A stretch of DNA of 64,000 nucleotides, from contig OZ249436.1 in NCBI GenBank assembly GCA_965235115.1, positions 38,318,001 to 38,382,000 of the forward strand. Reading direction: 5' to 3'. Both the position numbers and the translations under genes were made by a program. Below are positions 1 to 13,700 of the stretch, in pieces. Below the pieces are notes generated by a model. It saw only the letters and a list, made by a program, of their open reading frames with translations, did no database searches and was not told the origin of the DNA. The first letter of the stretch is position 1; every line of letters starts with the position of its first letter. The DNA is from Laetmonice hystrix (taxonomy: Eukaryota).

Positions 1-1068
1 GGTCCGGGGGCATGCCCCCTCCACCCGAAAAGATTTTCAATAATAGCGAGCGCAGCGAGCCCGCAGCGGCTTGCGAAGCGAGCTCTATGACAACACGTGT
101 GAAACGGTAGCCAAGGTGACACATACCGTCTCACCAAAAAATTTCGTCACGTAAAACCGGAACCGGAAAAACCATGGAGCAAATCCATGGAGAAATCCAT
201 GGAGGGTCATGTGACCCTTGCAGCGCGTGTGTGATTTGTGACGTCACAGTGAACAAACAGTCGCGTGAGTGTTTGTTCACTGTGACGCCACAATATCCCG
301 ACGTCCATGCTGCTAAGTGACCAGTCCTGACATCGTATATTGTTATAGTTGTAGGCCTCCTGTCGCTGCGCTTGCCCTCTAGGTAGCACCTACATCATAT
401 TAGACATTAAAGTAGCCTCTTTGCATTTTCGTGCAATTTGAGAGTGAGAATGTAATGTGGTGGGTGATTGGTTCCCCTCTCCCTCCCTCCCTCTTTTAGT
501 GACTGAAGTCTACCAAGTCTTTTTCCTTTAATGAAGTAGAAATACTAGGTAGGTGAGGTATTTTGACATGTGAAATGCATTCAGAATGATAGATCAGACC
601 ACAAGAAAGACAGAGTGAACAACTTAAAGTTCAATTTTATTAGTACAGCGCATATATAGAAACAGCTCGCCAAGATTTATTTAGGCGAGAAATTATCATG
701 GGGGAAAAAACTGCTCGCCTAAGCTTCACAAGGCGAGTTGTTGACCACTCGCCTGCATTCATTTCACCGCAAGCACTAGATATAGATATAGATGGCAAAA
801 GTCACTGTCATTTATTTTGGGAGTATCCTATACTGGAAATATGCATATTTTGCATGTGTTTTAATTTTATCATTTTCGCATTTTTTATTAAAAAGAAATG
901 AAATAAAAAACTGTCAATTTAATGCATGTTGTTTACTTTTTGATGGATGCTGCATTCTCAGCAGGGGCTAAGGTGCCAAATTTCACAGGTCTTTTTCAAG
1001 ACTTTGTGCCTGTGTGTGACTGCTTTGCCTGAGATCTGGTAATGGTCAGGGGTCTTGATGTGTTTCAG

Positions 1069-4000
1069 ACAAGCATAGTGAGTGTGGTCTATGCACAATC
1101 TGAGATTCTGCAGAAGGAGGTCTACTTGTTTGAATTGCTCGACTCGGCTGGACGGGAAAGTATGAAGCATCTCAAGTGCATTGCCTTTCTCAGACCAACA
1201 CAGGAAAATGTGGACCTCCTATCACAGGAATTGCGATCACCAAAATATGGTCTCTATTTCATCTGTAAGTGTGTATCTCAAGTATTCCTGGCATTGCAAA
1301 GAACTATTATTATTCATCTAGATCTGTATGAAAGATTTGACTTTGACCTAATTAAGGCTTTGATGACTACACCATCATGCTAGGGTAGCAAAGTTTTCTG
1401 AATGGATGAGATCTACTAAAAATACACAATTTAAACCTTGGATCTTTGATTAAGCCTTTGGATGCAAAAGTCTTCATTATATGGCAACAGAATACGGTCC
1501 TTTATAGCTGGTGACTCACAAATAGATCTCTAAACACAAAATTTAAGGCAATACAGGGTAATTAAGTCGTTATGTCAAAAGTTTTTATCATGAAAAGACG
1601 TATTCAGAACCTAAAAAGTTAAGAATGGTTTAGGGTTCACACAGTCCTTCAAATACTTTTAATCAGTTCTTAAAAATGATTGCTAGATAAAGAGACAATT
1701 TGCATTAATTTGTTGATTCATTCTTCTACTGCTTTTGTAATGTGATTCTAAGTAGGAATGGTTTAACCAGCAAAAACCAGGAGCTTTGGGTGTGAAAAAC
1801 TAAAGATATGGAGAACAATATTTTGCTTGATACATTGATGGAAGAGCAGTAAGATTTCACAGACTGACAGTGTGGTATCAGTGTTATGATGGGTGTGTAT
1901 ACACAGACTGTGCAGATGGAGGTTGGTCTATATTGCAGACTGGTCGAATGTCATCAGTAAGCAAGATGTGAAGACGTTGGCCGAGGCTGATGACCAGGAG
2001 GTAGTCAGGGAGGTGCAAGTCAGTATACATCATATTACTATGCCTAAATACCAGGCAAACATTAAAACCAGGGGACCGTTTCACTAAACGCTTGTATTTT
2101 ATGAGCTCGTATTTTCTGTAGGTTTTAATAGCAAAATGTATGAGTACGAGTATGATTCCAATGCAGAGCTTGTAGCTGTAAAATGCCATATTTACAATAC
2201 ATTGTCATACAGTATTCTTTATTTTGGTTTTGTTTGTTTGTCATTTATTTACAGGAATTCTATGGGGACTACATTGCTACCAGCCCTCACCTTTTCTCTC
2301 TCAACATCTTTGGATGCTGTCATGTGAGAGTTTTAGAAAGTTTTAGTTTGAGATTTTTAGATATATCATGAACACCTTAGATCATGTCTGGGTGTCATAT
2401 TGGCATTGGGTTGCTTTTTCAGGATCATTATTGTCTTAGTAAACAAAAATTTTCTGTACAAAAATCCCTTGACGCCATCACACACCCATACGACATAGTC
2501 TTTGAAAGTCTACCATACATGTGTAAAGTTTCTATGATTGGGAAACTTGCAGCAGGACAAATAACCAAGGAACATGTAAAGTTGAAACCCTTTTTAGGTA
2601 CAGCAAAATAACTGAAGCCCTTATTTTTGTGTTCATGCTGTAATTGCCTTTTGACTTTTTATATTTCATGGACTACGTGTTGTACGTGATTAATTTTCAG
2701 GGAAGGAACTGGGCAAACCAGGCCCAAAGTCGCACAGTAGAGGGATTGACTGCTCTTCTTTTGTCACTTAAAAAGTGCCCAATGATACGGTACCAAAATT
2801 CATCAGACATGGCCAAACGTCTAGCTGAGAATGTTAGGGTACGTGACCTTGGTTTGACCTTAGCTTCAGTCTACCTGACCTGTGTTACTGTCTACTAGAT
2901 GCCTGCATGAAGCACCTAATCCAGTGTGAATTTTAATTAATTCAGGACTGTACATAGTCTAATTCATGAGTAATTTCTTAATGTACCATCCCCAACCATT
3001 TCATAATATGACCCCCTCCGGGCCTCCCCTTAAAAACGTTGCCGATGAATGAGAAGTGGAGAAGGTTGAGCAGTGCTACTGGTTGTCGTTACAGCATGTT
3101 ATCTCACGGGAGGCAGCACTGTTTGACTTCAGGAAGACCGATGTCCCACCCCTGTTGTTGATATTGGATCGGCGTGATGATCCAGTGACTCCGCTGCTAA
3201 ATCAAGTCAGTGGCAGTAAACTTCCTGACTTAAAACTGGTTCAGTAACGATATTGTCTGGAATGTAGATTATACAACAAGCAACAATTTTAGTTCAGGTC
3301 AGGCTCCAAATCATCTTCTAGGTTGTAGTGACTTTGATGGGGAAATGAGTCTTAGATCTTGATTTAAATTCAAATAAAGAAAAGCACATCTGAAATATGA
3401 GGTTTATTAAATTTTCAAGTAAATTTCTCATTCTGCCAGTGGACATACCAAGCAATGGTTCATGAATTACTTGGAATTCACAACAATCGCATCAACCTCG
3501 TCAATGTTCCTGGCATCACCCGCGACCTTCAGGAAGTCATTTTGTCCTGCGAACATGACGAATTTTATTCCAATGTAAGTCAATATTTGTAGTCCTCATT
3601 TTTTTTGACACTAAAAGTTTTTTTTTAAAAGTCCTGTATTGAGGATAAATTGTTCGAAGATGTAGCAAATGACTTTTCTAAGGAATTTCTCAAGTGTTCT
3701 CGGAGAAGGAAAATAATATAGGTTAACTTTTAATTCGCTACAACACAATAGGATGTCCCCTGTAAAATAATAATTCTACATCTATACAATGTAAATATGG
3801 CATGTAAAAGAAGAGTTTTGCCAGTGAACATTATGTTTTCATTGTATAGAATGCATACATGAACTTTGGCGAAATTGGGAGCAATATAAAGGAACTAATG
3901 GACGATTTTCAACGCAAGTCTAAGAGCCAAGCCAAGGTGGAATCAATAGCAGACATGAAGGTTAGTGCTATAATAGGGAATAAAGACAAATTTGGGAAGT

Positions 4001-7000
4001 TACACCAGTTTGCTATAGCTTAGCCATTTTACTTCATGTTACTTTCGTCGGTTGCAAAAGTCTGAGACTGTATTGCTGTATTATTTTTTGAGTAATATTT
4101 GGCTATTCCAAACAGGCAAGGAATATCGACCTCATAATGAGAAGAGTCGTGCTATCTGCAGTCCTGTTATGAGATGTTTGGTCTTGTTTTCTTTATAATT
4201 TTATTATCCGTTTATTCGGTGCTAGCAACAAAATCCACATTAGCAGTTCATTTTGAATGGTCAGACTTGAAATAAATTGCCAGTACGTAGACTAAATATT
4301 TACCATTAAAGGGGTTGTCTCACGAATTTCAAGTCATACATAGCATTTCACAAAAAATATGTCTGCATTGGGGTTCTCCGATATGATACAAATTTCCCAT
4401 ACCTTTCAATGTGAACTTGGAGGGTGTTATGTGAAATACATTTGAAAAGTCGCCAAATCTTATTTCAGTCACTGAAAATGACCTACTTGGCTTCCGAAAC
4501 CTCGGGAGTTGTTTTCTATATCTATCGCACTGCTATGCAAATTATTTGTACTAGCGAAAGAATCTACAACACAACGTTCAAACGATTGGGTGACATGCCA
4601 AAACGGCATTTTGTGTTAGCATGCACTCCAGCTAGTTTTTGTAATTTTTCCACCACCAGGGATAATTTCACAGCTATCTATTCATAGGATGTGTTAACAG
4701 AATCAATATGAGAAACATTCAGTGCCATAAAGTACGTCAGTGGTGAGGAGGTGAGCATGAATCTGAAGATTCCGACCTATCTGGTGGGTCAGGGTGAGAC
4801 AATCCCTTTAAAAAATTAAAATATTCCCTCACACTGCGAAATTGAAGAGGCACATAACTCAGAAATGGAACTGAGGATTTGTGTTGTGTATCTACAGGCG
4901 TTTGTTGAGAACTACCCTCAGTTCAAGAAGATGTCTGGTACAGTTGCCAAGCACGTGACGGTGGTGGGAGAGTTGTCTAGGATCGTCAGCACCCATGGTT
5001 TGATGGATGTCTCGGAGTGTGAACAAGAACTTGCTTGTCAAGGCGACCACTCTCAGGCTCTTCAGGTAGGTACAACTCAACCTAATAATCCGAGGACCAG
5101 GCAATATATATAGTGGGATATTTATTAATTGTTTTTAACATGCATGAAATATTCATTGCTGCTTTAAAGGAAACCAGTAAGGAAGAAATACAATTTTCTT
5201 ATCATATCATAGTTTAAAAGATACATATACTTCCAGACATAATAGGATGGAAAAAAAATTGCCAAAATTTGCCAAGTGGGTACCAAGCTGACCATTTAAG
5301 GATTTTGAAACTTCAACTTAAAACTTGCAGATGTAGGAGAGTTAGCAAAAAAAAAAAAATCTTTGACTTGGAAATTTTATCCTGTTCCTCCACAGAAAAT
5401 CCGTGGTTTGATTGCCAATGAGAAGACCAGAGAGATAGACGTTGTGCGACTTGTCATGCTGTATGCCTTACGGTATGAACGGCACACCAACAATGACGTC
5501 ACAGGGCTGTGTGAAGCCCTCGCACGGCGAGGAGTCAGTGAAAAACTGAGGAAGGTGTGTACCTTAATTTTACGATCACAATAAGGATAGCTTGGCATTG
5601 GTAGATATTCTTTCATCGGCTGTAACATTTAGGAGTGATACAACCCTTTTTGGGGTGAAATTAGCCTTAATATTCTTTAAACCCATACAATTAATGATAA
5701 ATGTGGAAGAAGTTCCAGTGCATTTTCAGTTTCACTGAGGTGATTCTGGGGCCTGTCTTACTAAGCTGGCGACGTCGCCCGTCAAAATGTCACCAACGTT
5801 AAAGCAGTGGGGCACGTCGCCAGAACGGGCGACATATTACCTTATATGGGCCATTTGGCGACGTTGCCGGCTTAGTAAGACGGGCCCCAGGGGGTCGTTT
5901 CACTAAAAGTGACAGATTGCCAACTGTCAAGGGAGAGACTTTCACTTGGTCGTTGGGCCTTATATTTTTGGCCCATTGCCAGACGAACGGTCAGGGGCTG
6001 TTAACGACCTCCCCCCAGATGTGTATTTTTTTGAAGTCATACCTGATGAGCTGTTTCTTATCATGACCATCAGAAAGTGCCTGCGCTGCTGGCATACGCG
6101 GGACAGAAAGTGCGTGGCAGCGATCTGTTCGGAAGCGAGACTCCCATTGCCATGACCAAGAAATTCCTGAAGGGACTCAAGGTAAGACCGTTTCTACTCA
6201 AACACACTGACCTCCTCAGGAAAAGTTAATTGTGAAGACAAATGTTAGGAGAGAGGGACAGGGGAAGTATGCATTCGGCCCACCTCGGGACTGTCCGGGC
6301 CAGATCCTCTCGGCCCTCGCACAGTCGTCGCCATGTTGGATCACGTGACACAACGTGGTCAAAACGGCGACGGCAGACACACCGACAAAGGTGAAAGACA
6401 AGCAGTGTCTGGCTTGTTTAAAAACAGATCTCCGCTTGATACCTCTGACAAGTGGATTAGACGTCAGAGAAAATCTATTTAGGTCTCTATAGATACTTTT
6501 TTAGATGTTGACATTCCTATTGGCATTGTTTATCGTCAGACGGAGGTCACCGTTTGTACCACGGACGAGCTGTCTCAGTTGGGATTCCCTTGGGATTCCT
6601 TTGGGCGTATGACGTCATTCCTTATGTTGATACAAGCTAGTAAAGTCGTATGATTTCATAAATACTGCAAAACTGAATGTGTCGCGGCTGCTAAGAACGA
6701 TCGAGACTGCAAATCTTCGGAAATTATCCATCTTTCCTGATGAACAATCCCGCGTTAGGCCGAACACCGACATTCTATGAACTACTTTGCGCCGCTGCGC
6801 ACTACGCGAGTTGTGATGTACCCAAACCCGTGGAATCACTGTCATATCTCTACCGCTTGCGACGTCCGAGTCCACAACTAGCGAAGCGACCGGAAGTTGG
6901 GCCGAGGTTTTCCGAATGGGGAAGTATGATAGGAGGCACAGAATGAATGGGTCATAGCCATCCATTGTTGAAAGTTCTAGTAGTAATTCGTAACCTTATG

Positions 7001-7735
7001 ATTTGTGTACCGTTGTAGGGGGTCGAAAACATCTACACACAACATAAACCACTACTACAAGAGGTATTAGACCAACTACTGAAGAACAAGTTGAAGGAAT
7101 CAGCCTACCCATACCTAGGCACTGGTCAGCTTAGAGAAAGGTTTGATAATTTAATTTTAATCACTGGCGTTTCACAGTGTTGTAACTTATGTAAGGCGCT
7201 ATTGCGGCTAACATAAATCATGTCCTCTCATGTTGTAAAGCATTCCCGACAATATTATACAAATCCCAAAACGGTCATGGCTCCCCCTATATAACTACTG
7301 TCAATCATAGTAACGTTACAAAAAAGTTGGAACCTTGGATTCCTGAGAATACTGATGACAAATAACCTGATGGAAACGGAATATATATCTGCTGGTGTTA
7401 ATCTGTTTCGTATGTTTGCAGACCACAAGATATCATCGTCTTCATCATAGGTGGCGCCACGTATGAGGAAGCGTTTGCTGTCCACACGATCAACCGGTCG
7501 ACGCCGAGTATCAGGATCGTTCTAGGGGCAACGGCCATACACAACATGGAAACGTTAGTCTTCTTGTCTTCGATTCAATGTCCTCTGTAAAAAAATAACT
7601 TATTATCTGCATATCTTCAGTCGTTATTAATTAAGTTGACTCTGTCATGTTTATTTTAGGTTCCTTCAAGAGATAACGACAGCCACTCAGGGAATGTACA
7701 CCCAGGGGCGCCACCAGCGGGGCGGACGTTGGTGA
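1069..7735 (+). CDS. VPS45: Vacuolar protein sorting 45 (Sec1/Munc18 family); 13 coding exons in window, first coding exon upstream of the window
   Basis: Exons 1069-1264, 1939-2018, 2255-2323, 2701-2838, 3095-3205, 3440-3574, 3850-3960, 4898-5065, 5396-5554, 6074-6181, 7019-7140, 7422-7553, 7660-7735 (TGA), all GT-AG and frame-consistent. Peptides match VPS45: [98 protein letters not shown]. Confidence 0.96.
4310..4807. mobile_element. Non-autonomous Kolobok-like DNA transposon in a VPS45 intron
   Basis: 14-bp TIRs AGGGGTTGTCTCAC / GTGAGACAATCCCT (1 mismatch), flanked by TTAA at 4306-4309 and 4808-4811. Confidence 0.75.
5746..5890. mobile_element. MITE, PIF/Harbinger-like GGGC termini
   Basis: ~34-bp inverted ends CTGGGGCCTGTCTTACTAAGCTGGCGACGTCGCC ... 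GGCGACGTTGCCGGCTTAGTAAGACGGGCCCCAG; no coding capacity. Confidence 0.75.
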
Positions 7736-8115
7736 CCGCATGTCTCCGCCTCACCACTGCCACCTATCGCACGGCGCCCGTACTAAAGGGACTTTCGCAC
7801 ACGAGTCATCTTCAAATCATGAAAAAAAAAAATGAAAATTCATTACCATGGCAACTGCGTATACATTATGTATGTTAGAATATAGGCAATGTTGGATTAG
7901 AAAGGGCGTTATTGTAATGTATGTTAATATAACAAATGAGATAGAGTCTCTATCTTGACCCATTTATGGACAGCAATGTTGTGTATCATAGTTGTGTTTG
8001 CATATATGTGTATATATAATACAAATGTACATGTGTATATAAAAATTAATGGCTTACTCTGTTATATGTGATGGAACAATTTTGACATTGTTTGCATTGT
8101 AGCATGAAATGGGAC

Positions 8116-8324
8116 CAGGGCCAGGTTTTTTTGTTTACTTTGCCACCCTGAGCAAGGGTGAGCTGAGCTGAGCAAGCATGAGCTCATGTTCACTGTCTTC
8201 GTTTTTTTTTTTCGGGAGGCGTGCTCACGGTGAGCACGTCTCACGGGAAAAAAACGCGAAAACGAGACGAAGCTCATGCTCACCCTTGCTCAGGCTGGAA
8301 AAGTAAGCAAAAAACCGGGCCCTG
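8116..8324. mobile_element. MITE, PIF/Harbinger-like, largely palindromic
   Basis: CAGGGCCAGGTTTTTTGTTTACTTT...CCTGAGCAAGGGTGAGC is mirrored by GCTCACCCTTGCTCAGG...AAAGTAAGCAAAAAACCGGGCCCTG. Confidence 0.75.
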
Positions 8325-8790
8325 AGGTCTTGTGCATTACCTTGGTAAAGCCTTTATAGTATTAGAAATACATTGTATACAGGTACTGCCATGTTGGTGG
8401 TATACTCCCATAATCGACATGAAAAAGTTAAAAGTACCCCCGGCCCCGGTATGATTGCCGTTGACTCTACGGGATTTCAACATCTAATATTGTAAGCTCA
8501 TCATCAAATATGGTTGAGTAACATAATATGAGTAAGTGCGTCCCGTTTCACTTCCTATAGGCCACATGTATGCACAGACATACCTAACATTCGTTCTACT
8601 CATATATAGTGTTGACAGATCCACATTCCGGCTGTCTGTGGGGTCCGTCTAGTGCTGTAAACGTGTAGGGTCTGACCTTGTTATGTGGTCGTATACGAGC
8701 TTCCTGGACACCTTGCCTAGGGCCAAATCGTTAGATAGCACGAGGATAGCATAATACGGGCAGTTGGTGCTAACATAATCGGAAAGAGAC

Positions 8791-8922
8791 CTGGGCCTAG
8801 GTCACAAGCAAAGTCAAGTCAAATTTAATTAACTTAAAATCAATTTTACTTGAATCTGATTGGTTAAAATGTATTTCAGGCTAATTAAATTTGACTTGAT
8901 TTTGCTTGTGAACCGGGCCTAG
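8791..8922. mobile_element. MITE, PIF/Harbinger-like
   Basis: CTGGGCCTAGGTCACAAGCAAAGTCAAGTCAAATTTAATTA ... TAATTAAATTTGACTTGATTTTGCTTGTGAACCGGGCCTAG, ~40-bp imperfect TIRs. Confidence 0.7.
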
Positions 8923-10488
8923 AACTGCGCAACTGTGGCCTGAAATAAAAGTAAGTTCAAACAAGCGTGCTGAACATTCCGAGGTGTAGGCCTACATGTG
9001 TGTCACAGGTACAATGTGCCAGTAATTTTTTTTTTCTTTAAAAAAGTCTCATTCTACATTTCTGCCACACAACCAATATTTACTGATTCCTGTCATCTCT
9101 AAATGCCTAGTTTAAAAATCTAGAGTAGAGTAGCACCATTTTTTGGCCATCTGTCCTTCCTCTGCCTGGATTCAGTTTTCACATTTAATGTGTATAGTCG
9201 TGAAATGCTAAGTTTAGTTCATTAACATACAGTGATGACAATAACTGATAGCTTCCGGGCAAGTTGCAGGTTCTCAACCGCTCACACCGCCATGGTTGGA
9301 GGGAGTAATGGCTTACCATACTGTACCGTGTTTTATGACCCGGAACTAAGCCACATGGTCGGCCTCTACACATAACTGCGTAATGAAAGGAAATAAAAAG
9401 ACAATGATCTGGGGCACATCGACTTGATGACGAGTTGAATTCTCTGCGGGTTTAATGTAGTCATCTCATACCTTAGTACGAAGGTCATGATTTAATGGAG
9501 TTTGATGTGCATAAATCTGAGTTTGGGAGATTTGTAAATACACCAGTACTACTGTAATATTGTATCGCTGTTGTGACAATACAAAATGTATCAGCGGCCC
9601 AGTGTTGTTTTATCCTTGCATTGCCGTCTCCAAGTTTGTTCTTTATTAAGAAAAAGGAACCCTACTCAGTTGTCATGTTTTACGGATAATTTCTGTGGAT
9701 ATGGAAATAAGGTGACTGCGTTAATATATATGTCAACCCTAAATTGAAAAAAAAATAAGTGTCGAAGTATATTCTTCCAGCCATTCCACACGAATCCATT
9801 AGGGCGCATTAAGTCAAGGAACATGTTAAACCTTCTAAGATAAGTTCAATTAAGATCAACTGTTGCTCAGGTCCCGCCCACCTAAAAATAGTTTCCGACG
9901 CGCTGTGTACTATAAGTTACTTTCCACTTTTTGTCAAGGCATCGTGTAGGAGATTGACCCTGTGGGAGGTCCGGTTTCTATAATGTGACCGGGTTTTTTT
10001 ACATTGAATGTTGTTATTGTTGCGTTCACTTAAAAAGCAGCATTGACAGAGGACACATGAATCTGCATTTCTTCACGTACATATCCAGCAGACATATGCA
10101 ACTCATATAATTATGATATATACGGTGAAATAATGTAGAGGGCGAATTGAAAACGCACGGACCATGGGTTTTTAAAGTCAATTGATTTTTTTTTCTGTAT
10201 GTATGTAAGTTTAAATTTATATAAATATGAATCCCTTGCGTGTCTGTATGGCCTAATATATACATGACTCTATATTATACATGTATATATATATATATAT
10301 ATACAGAGAGACGGGGGGGAGGAGGAAGGAGAAAGAGAGAGATGGATATGAGAGAGGTAGGCCTCTGGGTGTGTCAGGGTATGGGTGTGTGCTGTGAGTG
10401 CAGATGTAACGTATATAAGATGTAGATAATTCAGTGCAGTAGAGTTAGAATGACACCTTCGCGTATGTTTCTTTGCACATTATGTGCA

Positions 10489-10571
10489 GTCACGTGGTGC
10501 ATGGACCCAGACGCTCAGTGACGTACACTCTTGAGTGACGTTCGTTCGAACCCATGCTTGTAGTCTATAAA
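10489..10571 (+). promoter_or_regulatory. Putative core promoter of the GH20 gene
   Basis: GTCACGTGG E-box at ~10489, two GTGACGT CRE-like sites (~10518, ~10535) and TATAAA at 10566-10571, about 170 bp upstream of the signal-peptide ATG at 10737. Confidence 0.45.
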
Positions 10572-10736
10572 CATATGACTGTCGGCGGGACTGGTCGGTG
10601 TGAGCCTGAATGGCCGGCCAGTCGGCCCGTGTGGATGAAGGCCTACCAGAGGCTGGCCGGGAACCACCAGTGACGATACTGGACCAGGATCGGACAGTCC
10701 AGTACGGGTACACTATACTCATAAACGGCTTCCAGC

Positions 10737-13700
10737 ATGGACGCTCGGATGTTGGCGTGGACACTACTTATGGTGGCAGGTAAGAAGTTTTTTTGTATAA
10801 TCGTGTGACCATTATAGATTTTTTAACTGAATCACCTCTGTACTATTAACATTATGCAAAGTTTGCCCTATATATGAAGCAAGGAGTGTGTTATTTATGT
10901 AGGGATGTACTAGGTTATATATACCAAAAATAATCTGTATGCACACACGCATGGGTACATATATATGTGTACCTATGGACAGACGAACGCTCATGTTATG
11001 TACGTTGATAAATGTGCATTTGGGTGTGGATATGGAGTAAGATGACATTGTAAAGTTCAATATTTACATGTATTTTGTGTCGACTATATATACAGACACG
11101 CCTTATGCAGGACCTTTGTCATTCATATATCCATAACACAATGGGAGAGCTGACATTTTATATTGAGCAAGATTCAGCGAGATACTTTTTTTTTGGCCTG
11201 TCCTGTAGAATGAGCATGACAGCGCACTGCATGAGATAGAAGCCAGGACCAAAAAAAAAAAAATGAAAAAAAAAAGAAAGAAAAAAAGAACAAAGAAAAA
11301 AGGACTTTTTATAACTTGCTTACATAGGGTGTGACGATCGAGGTCAGTATCCCATACTTTCTCTGCAGAGCGAACTGTCAACGAATGAAATTTATGACAC
11401 AGTTATGGCAGTAAAGATTTAGTTGGTACCTACTTTGGAATATAATTATCATACAAATAGGAAGGTAGACTACCCAGGAGAGAAGACCGAATATAAGTGC
11501 TTTATAAATATAAATTAAGATAATTAGGGGCTCTAATATAATTTGTAGGCATAAAAGTCGCCGGGCTTAGACTAGGCCTACTCATCAGACGGATCAAGGT
11601 GTATTGGGACTGGGGGTTGAATCCTTCAGTGTCGTGCCGTATATTCATGCGCCAAGCATCTCGTTCCATACTTTCCCGCAGTGAAGGACCCTCGTCCCGT
11701 TTCGTGTTTTGGTTGTCTAGTACTATCTCGGAGGCTAGGATTCTCCTTTTCTCCTATACCTATAAGGACAGCTCCCGGGGTCAGACAGGGTGAGAGGCCC
11801 ACAGGCTGGGTCTGCCTCAGCGACCCACGCTGGAGGAGATCATACTCCCCAACGGCCATGGAGTATACGTACCTAGATAGGAGTACCCGGCGAGCGGCGG
11901 TGGTGGCCGAAACTCTATAGGCCTACTTGTCCCATTTACGCGATAATGACAGAATAATTTTGTGACCGAAATTTAGGATTTAGGCCTTTGTTCCAAAGGC
12001 CTACTTTGCACAGGTCAAATTTTGTATATACTTTTATTTTATGGCTGCCGCACTTTCCCTGTCCTGATTGGTCAGTTCCCTGTCACGTGATCACAGATAA
12101 AAACTAATATTGCACGGAAAAAGTAATATTGACCAGTCAATATTACTTTTGCATTGCCGTCAAGTGTTTTCACCCCCTCGTGCAAATAGGCTCCTAGGCA
12201 TTCTTAACGTAAGTTTAATAGAACAGCCTGGGGGGTGACAGCGTATGATAGCAAAGCGGAAACTACGCGAGGCTGAGTTCAGAATCTTGTATAGCCTCTA
12301 GTCTAGGCTAGCTCTAGGCCTAGCTAGATAAAGCAGTCGTGAACACGATGGATCCCTGTAGCCTATCTAATTTCCCGACATAAGAAGTTTATGTGGTGAC
12401 TGATTGTTAATTGGTCATGGTTTTGATCATGGTTTACTGGTAGAATTGTGAGTACTGACGCACTGAGGCTCAGCATACCGGTAGGCCTAGGTCTAGATGA
12501 TGAGTCTTATGGAGTTTTAACTGACTGTGCAGTCGTCGATGGGTCCTGGCATAGACAGGAAAAGTGCGGCAGTCATAAAATAAAACAAATATGGCACTTG
12601 GTATCGTGCAATATGAAAATTTATGGCACTCTGGAAACTGATATTGCACTCCGCTTCGCGTCGTGCAATATCAGTTGCCATCGTGCCATAAATTTTCATA
12701 TTGCACTCAACCAAGTGCCATATTTGTATAATATTTCTATTAAATAAAGTTTCCAGTACAAGTTTCCTTGTATTTATCTGTGTCCGCTATAAGAAACCCA
12801 CTCGATTGGCGTATAACTTGCCGATGACAGATAGATCTATATGTTATGGATTCTAAGCCTATTTTGACCGGAACTTTCAGACCAATCGGCCCATCTGGCA
12901 CGTTCACAGTTCAAATTTTGTTTAGGCCTATTTACTTATTATTTCTACGAAATACCCCCCCCCCCCCAAGTTAATATTTGCAGTAGGAGTAAACCAACTC
13001 GACTGACGCACGACTTGCTGACTGCACTGTTTCTAATTTTCCTAGAACTTTCAGACCGCCCGACCGGTGTGATGTGGTAAAGTGACCCCATGGTAAAGTG
13101 ACCCGGGGTCAATTTACCACGTGGTAAAATGTGGAAAAATGACCCAGGTTGAATAACATAGATATTAGGCATAACGTCTTTACATTGGAATCTCTCGTTA
13201 TTTTCCTGCTTCTTGGTATTTTTCAACAGTTTTGACACCTGTAGTATTCACTTTCGCGACTTGCGCAAATTTAAAAGGGCAAACCACCAGATACGGGTGC
13301 TACCTGTACGTCCCTCGGTCAGGGTTAAGGTAAGTTTAGGGTTAAGTCTATTTGAATTAACACTATTTGCAAATTGCGCAGAATGACAAATTGAGCGACA
13401 TGTGAACAAAAACAAAAACATGTTTTGTATCCTTTCCATAAATATAAAAAATAAACAGAACAAGATGGCCAGATAACATCGGGGGGGGGGGGTCACTTTT
13501 CCACTGTGGAAAAGTAAACCGGGGGTCAATTTACCACGGGGGTCAGTTTTCGATGTGACACCTGCCCTTCTGGCACGTCACATGTAGTTTAAGCGTGTGT
13601 ATCTACTTATCAATTCTACGGAATAAAGTTAGTATTTCCAGTACAAGTTCCCTAGTATTTATCGTATCGCTTATTATCCCTGGCTCGCCGGCCCCTTCGG

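Noticed and set aside
1..330. Possible VPS45 promoter or first exon (CRE palindrome TGACGTCA at ~239)
   Set aside because: The expected N-terminal VPS45 peptide is not found in 1-1068. The sequence looks like transposon debris within intron 1.
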